64,000 nucleotides of DNA from Paraspadella gotoi. Its lineage: Eukaryota > Animalia > Chaetognatha. The DNA is taken from assembly GCA_051294375.1 (NCBI GenBank), contig CM119263.1, positions 22,284,833 through 22,348,832 on the forward strand. Direction: 5' to 3'. Positions 29,293 through 39,600 of this stretch are shown here, in pieces (the stretch's first letter is position 1; each line of letters starts with the position of its first letter). Below the pieces are notes generated by a model. The model had not been told where the DNA came from. It did not search any database and saw nothing but the letters and a program-made list of their open reading frames with translations. The position numbers and the translations under genes are program-made.

Positions 29293-30545
29293 ACTTTGTT
29301 GCTACATTTAGCACATTACTGCTTAATCACGCTTCAAGATGGAAAGTAAAAGTGACCGTAGAAGAACATTGTATTAAATGCATACATAAGAAGCATATTT
29401 TTCAATCGCAGATTCATATTTTTGTATTATTGATCTGTACTACTGGCATATTTAGTTTTTATTTTGTCATAAATATATGTAATATGTATGTATCAAAATG
29501 ACGCTTTGCTATTTGTGCGCGGAAAGGCGTTGGTAAATGATTTACGTAAAGAAGATTAGATAGTCTTTTGTTCTGAAAATTTTTATTCTGTGCTGCTCTC
29601 TAGTCAATTGTATAAGGCAACTAAGAAAATAAAACAAAATCGCAAACTATTTGTTTTGTGAAAGCGAGTTCGCTTCTCTTTATTAACTTCATAAATTCAT
29701 AATTTTCTAAATCTAAATAGTCTAATTCATAAAAAAAATATCTGCCACTACTAGTACCACTATAAAAAATCAATGATTCAAAAACAAATAAGTATTTTGT
29801 TCAAATTTTTTTTCTGAATACAATTACTTTATTGCAATTGTCAAAGTAATTCAGTAGCATCCCGCGCAAGACTCAGGAACACTTGAGATAGAACACCCAC
29901 ATAACCGTAGAGCCCAGTCACCATGGTAACGGTTAACGAGTGCTGACGGTATCTTAACGATCGCTTGATTTCTTTCAAAATCGAAGGAAAAGGTAGAAGA
30001 ATAATCTTAGACCAAAATACAATATCAATGCCATAGCTGGAGCCAATAACCTCTCGTCAGCCAAAATTTCTTTCTTTGTTTAACCGATACCCATTGTAAA
30101 ACTGATACAATTATAGAGATATGCAAAATGATTAACGTTTTACCAATTTTATACGAACACCGAAATGGAATTAAGAGAAAAGAAAAATTACTAAGACGTG
30201 AGGAAGGAGATAAAAGATGTGATGGAAATGAAGGAAAACTTTTTAAGACACAAAAACAATGAATACACGAATAATGGGAATTTTGAAGAATGAAAGATGA
30301 AATATGAGAAAAAACAGAATTACCGAAATGATGAAGAATGTAAGATCGATGGAAAGCAAGGTTATGATAAGGACGGGAGGAAAAACGAATGTTAAAATCT
30401 CCAGAATGAAAACGGTTAAATTTACGAGAAGGATAAAGAATGCAAGATCGAAGAGAAGGACAAACGTAAAATCCAAAGGGAAGACTATGAAACCGAAAGC
30501 CAAATCTTTTTCGCCCGGCGATCGATGTCGCTGGGTCTTCGGGTT

Positions 30546-30620
30546 CGTCCCGCTCGAGTCGGCCTCCGCCTTCGACGAGGTCGTCGACGGCGAAGTTTTC
30601 TTCGTCGGCTCGAGGGGACG
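30546..30620 (-). other. Predicted 75-nt RNA hairpin starting 7 nt after the AMD1 UAG stop
   Basis: CGUCCC-CUCGAG pairs with CUCGAG-C-GGGACG; inner stems CUUCGCC/GGCGGAG and UCGACG/CGUCGA. Paired by eye only. Confidence 0.5.
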
Positions 30621-30627
30621 CCGGATC

Positions 30628-33600
30628 CTAATGCGGGGGCGGAGGCGGCGGCGGCGGCGGCGATCGGTGGTGAAAGGCGTAGTCGATACGAAGGTCGACC
30701 ACGTCGAGACTTTGACGAGTTTCCGTCGAGTAGCCCGTCAGGAGGTCGACTTTGTTCTCGCACGCGTCCGAGTCGTCCTGGAGGCAAATGGAGAAGTTTT
30801 CTTTGTTGAACAAATGAATAATAGGAAATAAATTAATGTAAATTGTAAATTGTATAGTTTGTAAATTGTAAATTATATAGTTTGTTTTTTGATCGCCTTC
30901 GACCACAAAAATAACATTTACCTAATTTAAATTTTTATCCGAGCCAATCGGCTCACACTTCACAGGACGAAACTTAAAACCAAAACAGATTAAATAAAAT
31001 TATATTGTAGGTATTTGAAATATAATCAATTAGACGAGCATTCACGAAGAATTCCATAAGTTTCGCCCCAGGCCAGCGAATTTTCCACTAATTTTATCTA
31101 TTGTTTTTGCTTTCACGACTGAATGAATGAACGAGTGGATTTTCAACATCCGAAAAGATCATAGAGTACCATCGTTTATTTGAAAATTCTACAAAAACGA
31201 AGATCAAATTTAAAATTGATGAATATTGATATTTATAAATATTTATTTTTCGAATATTTAAACGCATTAAGTCTTAAGCATTAAGACTCTTTACGATGAA
31301 AATTCGATCAAATGTCAAAAAGCTATAAATTCTCACGGGCGTGATACCTGGCTGCGTTACAAAATGGAGGGCGGCAACAATGACAACGACAACAACAACA
31401 ACAACATCGATTCCTCTTCGACAGTCGTTGGAGACACGAAAGCGTCAGAAGTAAAAAATGAAGTGTGGAATGGAACTAGATGTGACACTAATTTAGTTAA
31501 TTTTGATAAATCGAGAGCGGAGAATGATAATTTAAATTTTGAAAACGAAAAGAAAGGGATAAACGGGGGAAGTGGGGCGGAACGAGTTTCGATCGACGCC
31601 GACGAAGGCGAATGCAATGACGACCAGAGGGACTTGGAAAACGTCGATGAAAATAAACCTCGAAAAACCCAAAAGGAAATTAAGCAAATGAGCGAAGACG
31701 AAAGTGACGTCGATCGTGAGGACTGTATAGATGGCGACGAAAATAGCAAAGTTCACAACGGTTATGGCAAAGGTGAAAACGTTGTTGGCGAAGGAAATAG
31801 TAAAGATCATAGCAGTGATGGCAACGGTAAAAACGCTGATGGCGATGGATATAGAAAAGATCACGATAGTGATGGCAAACATGAAATCGTTGGCAGCAGA
31901 AATAGCAAAGATCTCGACGGTGATGGCGAAGGTGAAAATGTTGTTGGTGATGGAAATAGTAAAGATCACAGCGGTGATGGTAATGATAAAAATGCTGATA
32001 GCGATGGAAATAGAAAAGATCATGATGGTGATGGTAAAGGTGAAATCATTGGCGGCAGAAATAGCAAAGATCTCGACGGTGATGGCGAAGGTGAAAACGT
32101 TGGTGATGGCAATGGTAAAAATGCTGATGGCGATGAAAATAGCAAAAATCACAACAGTAATGGCAACGGTGAAAACGCTGATGGCGACGAAGATAGCAAA
32201 GTTCACAACGGTGATGGCAAAGGTGAAAATGTTGACGGTGACGGTAGTTCTACAAAGAGCGATGGTCAAGGTAAAGGTGGCGTTGATCAAATCAAGCCTC
32301 AAGGTAAAAGCTGCTTTGCGTCGGCGACTTCAGGATTCGTTCACCGAATGGAGACTTTCTTCTTTCACTTGGGACTTTTGGTCGCCACGAATCCTTACAA
32401 GGTCATTTTGGTCTCTGTCGGTGTCGTGGCTTTTTCTTCTTTAGGTAAAGGGGGGAGGGAAAGGAAAGAATAAGAAGGTGAAATGGAGGGGAAAAGGAAA
32501 GAAAATAGAGAATCTGAATGAAAGTAAATATATAATATACAATATATACATATATACATATATACATAGTGAAAGCGGGAGGAAAATAAGTTGTATGTAA
32601 ATATATATAAAAGAGAAGAGAGGGGAGAAGAAATAAGATATCAAATAGAAAAGAAGAATAAAAAGGAAAGGAAAGAAAGGAAAAGAAGGAAAAATGGAAA
32701 AGAAAAGAAGGAAAAATGGAAAGGAAAAGAAGGAAGAATGGAAATGAAAGGAAAAGAAAAAAATAGAAGAAAAGAAAAGAAAAGTAAAAAAACGAAAAGA
32801 AAAGAAAAGAAAAGAAAAGCTAACCTCACCCCCCCCCCTCTCAAGGCCTCCTCCTCGTCCAAGTCGAGGACGACAGCGTCAAGCTTTGGCTCCCGGTCGA
32901 CTCTCCACTCCACGAGGAACTCGCCTGGCTGCGGCTCACCTTTCCCGACTTTAGCGAGACGATCCGCGTAGCCAAGATGATCCTCCATCATCCGAAGATC
33001 CTTCGCCGAGACAACCTCCTCCACCTTCTCGACATCCAAGAGCGAGTGGAGTCCATCGATCCGTCCGTCAATCTCTCCACCCACAGCATCATCTCCGAGT
33101 GGCTCTACAACCGAAAGGCGATCAGCCGCCTCAGCGTGAGAGACGCGGAGCAGCGGCTCAAGCGCAGCATCTTCGCACGAATGATGCTGGACAAGGGCAA
33201 AGGCAGGTGGAGTTGGCCCAAAGGGGTCACCACCACGATCGTCAGGTTAGATTGTTTCAGGAAAATTTTAAAAGTGTTTGGAGCTTCATTTACATAAGGG
33301 AAACTTGTAAGGTTCGGAAGTTGAAGTTTCTCCTGCATCATCGCTAAAGGTCGAGGCAACTCGCAGGACCATTAAGATTGCTTCAGCTTTCATACATTTG
33401 GATCAATTCACAAGAAAAAAAATTCTCAAGCACGGGACGAACTAATTGATACCAAATGTGACAATTCAACATTTTTCACCCTCACAACTTTTCCAGGATG
33501 TAAACGGAGATCCAAATACTCACAACTTTCCCCGGATGTAAATTAAGATCCATACGTACACTTTTTGAAATTTTCTTGAAACTTCTGATCGTCAGGTGGA

Positions 33601-36600
33601 TCATCGACGAGGAGAAGGCGACGGCAGACGCTTGGGAGGCGAAGTTCGAGGTGGCGTTGGCAGAGGAGAGGAAGCGGTTGGAGGGGATCGATCCTGAGTT
33701 GAGGCTTGAATTCAGGAAAGTATTGCCTAACTTAATATAATTATGAAAACAAGTAATTTTGCAACTTTCATAGTTAAGTACTTATGTTTTGTTTATTGTT
33801 GCGTCATAAATACTTTTAATAAATAATTGATAAAAATATTGATAATTCAAAAATTATGATAATTTGGATAATCGTTAATTAAGATAATTAAGATGTTTGG
33901 GATCTGACTTTGTAGATTTGTTGTTGTTGTCGTCGCCGCAGATGATACAAAAGTATTCACAAAAGTAAAGATTTCGGTTAAGTACTATGTAAAATAAAGG
34001 GTATCATTTATGTTAATTATAATAACCTCTTCTTCTCTGATTAGTCATTAATAGACAAAAGCCGAGAGATCCACCATTCCCTGCGACGATACGCGTGTAC
34101 AATATTGTACATACAAAACGATATTTCCCCCCCCCCACCCCATAAATCCCCACAGCGCTCAAGGGAGCTACTCGCGCACTCGCGACGGAGTCATCTCCGA
34201 AGATTCCAACCTCCTCTCCGGAGGCTACGTCCTCGTCTTCTTCTACATCGTGATCAACCTCGGACGACTCACCCGCCTCCGCCACAAGCTTTGGATCTCC
34301 GTGGCGGGGCTGATCTGCGTGGCGCTGTCGTCGGCCTTGGCGGCGGGCGTCTCCGGATGTCTCGACATGCCTTGGGGACCGGTTCATCCGATCATCGCTT
34401 TTTTGTTGTTGGGCATCGGGATCGATGACATGTTCGTGATCGTACAGGTAGGAGAAGAAAAAGGAAAATTTTTAAAAAAATGAAGAAGGTAGAAAGAGAA
34501 AAAATACAGTATCTAAAACAAACGAGAGGAATAGAAAGAACGATGACTCCTTACAAATTATTTGTAGGGCTATACCAACAACGAAAACGAGGAACTCGAA
34601 AGCGGCAGCAGCAACAGTAGCAGCGGCGGTGGCGGCAAAAAAGGCAGCGGGGACAGTGACGCCGGTGGCGAACAAGAAACGATCGAAGAAAAGATCGCGC
34701 TTCGCATCGCGTCGACAATGCGCCACGTGGGCGTTTCAATCACCGTGACAACCGTGACGGACGTTTTGGCGTTTGCCCTCGGCGCCGTTTCCTCTCTGCC
34801 CGCCATCAAGTCGTTTTCGGTGTGGCTCGCCATTGGGATGTTGGCTGTTTACTTGCTGCAGGTGAGTGTGGATGAATTGGTTCTTAACTATTTGACCGTT
34901 TTGAATAACAGCGTTCCGATAACTGATAGGAAATGGAAAATAGACTGATTTATTGGCTGATAGATTGTACGCATGAATTGGTTTAGTAAATAATTAATAG
35001 ACATATAATTTGGCCGAATGTATCAACGACGACGATTTTCTCCACCATAGATCACCCTCTTTGCCGCCTGCCTGACACTGGACGAACGACGCTCCGCCTC
35101 GAACCGCGACGCCTGCTGCTTCTGCATTGTCGTCAACAGCAGCGACGACGCCGCCACCGCCGCAACCTCCTCCAGTGTCTCCGGTTGCTTTGCCGCCGTT
35201 CGCCGTGTTCACTTGACGGAGGGATTGACGACGCGTCTCTTTCGCGGCTTCATCAATCCAATACTGATGCGTCGCCCCGTCAAGATCATTGTCGTCGTCC
35301 TCACCCTGGGGGCGTTCGGCGTTGGTCTTTGGGGATGCGTGGAGATCCGCGAGTATTTCGATCTTTGGGACCTAGTGCCGTCGGAGTCGGACGTCTTTCA
35401 GTTCCAACAGGAGGAGAAGAGAGTGTTCAACGTCGGGCGCGAGGTTCGGAGTTATGATTATTCGTTTGAAGTGACACTTCCTCCTGATGGTAAGACTTGG
35501 TCACACACTTGGTGCACCCAGTGGAATCGGAAGATTTTTCCGTCAGTTGCCTGAATTCGGAACTTCGGATCAGGCGGTAGGCTTTCTAACGCAACGGTGT
35601 TTTAACCGGCACGGCACTCTTTTCCGACTTGGAACCATTGCTTTCGGAAATGAAGAATTATTAGCTCATGGTATAGTTATTACGGTCGGGAACAACAACC
35701 CATACGGATTCGATGTCGATTTTTAAAAAAAAGTATCGACGCACATTTAAGTCTTTTTTTTTTATAAAATCATGGTGTCGTTGGACCCTCCTTCAGGTCA
35801 TCGTCGTCTTCAAAGGCGTGGAGCCATCCCGTAACTATGAGGAACTCAGAAACCTCTTCAGAACTCTTTCCAATCATCCCTTGATCGAGAGGGACGATTG
35901 CAACTGCTGGATCAATAACCTCAAAGATTACAGTTTTTGGACCAATTTAGTCACAGGGAAAAGGGACCTTAGCGACAGAACGGTTTTCTACGAAGAGTTG
36001 GACGAATATCTCAAGGAATACGGAGAATTCGACGAGCGCTGCATCAAGGTAGGGAAAGGCAAGGAGGCAATCAGGAATCTTTATGCGTTTTTACATTATA
36101 TGAAGGCAATGAGATTCAAGTCAGAATTTAAAACTAGTCATGGAATGAAATGTTAAAAATTAGGTTGAAGTTGTGTATAAATACAAATACGTAAATAGAT
36201 AAATTATGAAACAATTTTCTGATTGTACAGGCTTTTGGAACGTTTTTTTTTTTTTCCTAATTATTTTTTTTCGTTACTATTTTTTTTGTTAGAGGGCTAT
36301 AAGGTTTTCGAAAGTCTTGCTTTCCACTTCTGTATTTAAATTACGTATGTTTTATGGCATTGACAATTTTTAATGTTAATGACTAAAATCCACCAACCGT
36401 TCATCAACCGGCCATTGGTGCAGGAAGCAAGTCATTCGCCTCCCAACCCAGAGGTCCGGGGTTCTAGCCCGGTGGTCGCTTAGCAGTTAAGACAGACGGG
36501 GCGCTTAACCCGCCTGTAGATCCGAAGCTCAGGAACTGCTTATTTTGAACGGTTCTGTCATTAACTCATAACAATAATTACTGTCTCTTCACTATTTAAG

Positions 36601-39600
36601 TTTCCTTTTATTCCAGTTCGGTCAGACTTATATGGACGGCGTTAAATCCATCGACGCCTTCTACTTCCGGTTTCGCTACAAAGAGTTGGCGCCGGAACAG
36701 GACGCCGTCGAGGCGATGAACGAGTTTCGTGACGCCGTAAACGCCGCCATGAGGAAGATCGACGCGCCAAAGTCGGGGAGAGCGTTTACGTTTTCTGAGG
36801 TCGGTCGGTCGTCTGGTTAGTCGGTATTTGGGAGTTAAGTCGGTCACTCTGTCTCCTGTATCTATGATTATTTGTATTTTAACTCTTTCACTCCTTTAGT
36901 TTTTCTCTTATGGCCTTATTTCTTTCATTAATTCATTCATATTCAATTTCTTTCATTCTTTCACATATTCATTCATTACTTATTTCTCTCTTTCATTTTC
37001 TCTCTCTCCTTATTTCTTTAATTTCTTTTTTCATCCCAAGCCTCCAAACGGACCAATCTATTCCCGCCCCCCTTGAACAGGAGCACGCCAACTGGGTCAC
37101 GATCAACGTCCTCATCCCTGACCTGCGCATCAGCGTCGGAGTATCAGGCGCCGCCTGCCTCCTCGTTACCCTCGCCTTTCTCGCCGACTTCCGCATCGCG
37201 GCGCTCGTCTCCGCCTGCATCCTTTTCTCGGTTGTTGTCGTTGTTGTTTTTGATTTTTGTTGTTATTTTTTGTTTGAGATGAAATTGTATTAAAAGTTTT
37301 ATTAATTGAATAACTTACTGCTTTGGTCTTTGATTTTTTAAAAGTAACTTCGGATTTATTTTTCAGTCCGTTTTTTTGTCAAATCTTCAGGTCGTCGATA
37401 GATGTCGCTTTATAAACGAGGTAATGCTCTTTTGTTTTCCCCTTTACGATCTCAGGTCATCGACGTCGTGGGCGCCGTCCACTTCATGGGTCTCACCGTC
37501 GAACCAGGCAGCGCCATCTCCATCGTGCTCTGCGTCGGACTGGCGGTCGACTTCTCCTGCCACGTGGGCCACGCCTTCATGACGCTTCGCGGGGACCGAG
37601 AGACGCGCGCCAAAGAGACGCTGGCGCGCGTGGGTCCAGCGGTGGGGCGTGGCGGGATGAGTACCATGCTCGCGTTGTCGGTACTGGCTTTTGCGCGCAG
37701 CTTCGCTTTCGTCGTCTTCTTCAAGATTTTCTCAACCATGGTGTTGCTGGGGCTGTGGCACGGGCTCATCTTCCTGCCGGTCGGGCTCAGCGTCGTGGGT
37801 CCGGAGCCTTACGAGACGGCCGTCGATTGCGGGGGCGGCGAAAAAGCGACAAGTGATGGAGACGATCTGCTAAGTGGTAGGGAAAGCGTGCCAACCGGTT
37901 TGGAAAAACCAGACGGCGTCGAAAATAGCGACGGCAAGAAGGAAAACGAAGCCGAAGATTTTAGCGACGAACAAGAGAGCAACGCGACAAAAACGCAGCG
38001 GTCGAAGTCGCTTCGGAATTTTCGCCGGCGATTCGTCTTCGCGAGCAAAAAACGACGTCGGTTGAGCGATGGAGACGTAGAGTCTGGGTTTCCGGCGGAA
38101 ATACCGAAAGCGCCGGAGGAGAAGTGGGCGTATCACGTAACCGGATTCGACAACGAGGCGTACATACCGGACGAAGGAGGGGTGGAGATAATAATGGCGA
38201 CGACGCCCCCGCCGGATGATGACGAGGAAGAAGATGAAGAGGAAGAAGATCGACTCTCCGTCCGGTCAAATGATTCCGCCGTCTATTCCATCGCCAGCGG
38301 ACAACGGATTTTCATGGCGGAGACAGAAAATGATGACAACAACAACAAGGACCCCAATCGAGAATATTTCGTATGAAGATTCGGGTATACTACGTACAAG
38401 TTTTTTTGAAACTTTAGAGTTTGAATTTTTTTGCACCGTCGTATTTCTATCGCACATTTGCGGGTGCTTATAAAAATATTGAGACACAGTCAGTCACACT
38501 TACAAAATTATTTTACTAAAGTTTGATTTTGGAAAATTAATAGATGATAATTTGGATTAATTTTTTTAAATTCTAGGAATAAAATTGTTATCACTTTATT
38601 TCCTCGGAAAAACCTGACGACCTAAAAATCGTCCAAACCCTGCGCCTCTACCTCACCATTCCAAACTACTCCACAAGTCCACAGTCCACATCACTCACCA
38701 CACCGGACTCACCTTTTCGACGATCCTCACGACGGTCGCCTTGAGAGGCTTGAAGTATTCAACGACGCCGCGAACGTGTTTGGCGTGGTGTTCCACGCGA
38801 AGATTCGTCTCGAAACTCACGTAGGAGAACTCTGGTTCCGGTGTGATGTGAATGGTGATGTATTCACCCTGAGGCAAAAAGAAGACGTGACTTTACGGAA
38901 ATGCTCTTTACGGATAAGGCCCTTAAGCGGTACGTCTATGTAAGGTAGCAAAATACAATTATAATGCTTACTACATACATGCAGTAATCAACTAATAATC
39001 TTTAAATATAAAATATATGCTATTTAATAGTTGAGTGCATTCGAGATGAACTACCTTACGGAAAAATCCGTTGAGTGAGTAGCCGTGAGGTTCGAATAGA
39101 AATTCGTCCATTTCGAGTCCGGGAAATAATCGGTGAAGTCCTTTTAACTGATGTAAAGGTAGGAAAATTATAAGAGCGCTCAAACGCTCAAATCGCTTTC
39201 ACTTTACAACCTTCGGCATATCTCGCGGTTTTTTCCCCTTAACGTCCATGAAAGTTAACATCACATCCGGATCGATTTCCGTCATCAGAATCTGAAAAAA
39301 AAAGAAGGAAAAAAAAGAAAAACAATAAAAGGAAAAAAAAAGAAAAACAATAAAAGAAAAAAAAAGAAAAAAATAAAAGAATAAAAAAACAAAAAGACGA
39401 ATAAAAAATTCATGAAAGAATCAACGTGTGGACGAGACAAGTTTCAGAGCATATTTTAAAAAATTAAAATAACAATTTGAAACGGAAAACCGTCAAACTG
39501 AAAGAAAGATGCGAGACTGGGCAAAGCCTCTCATAATTTTTTTTAAATAATGAGACGAATATATTCATGGCGCGCTTTGCTTGAGTTGAGGAGACGAAAA

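Noticed and set aside
30628-30630. Genome-wide UAG reassignment as an explanation for the AMD1 tail
   Set aside because: No in-frame TAG occurs in any confidently modelled exon, so there is no positive evidence.
36408-36480. Functional tRNA-Gly
   Set aside because: Anticodon and acceptor stems do not pair properly, so it is treated as a SINE or pseudogene.
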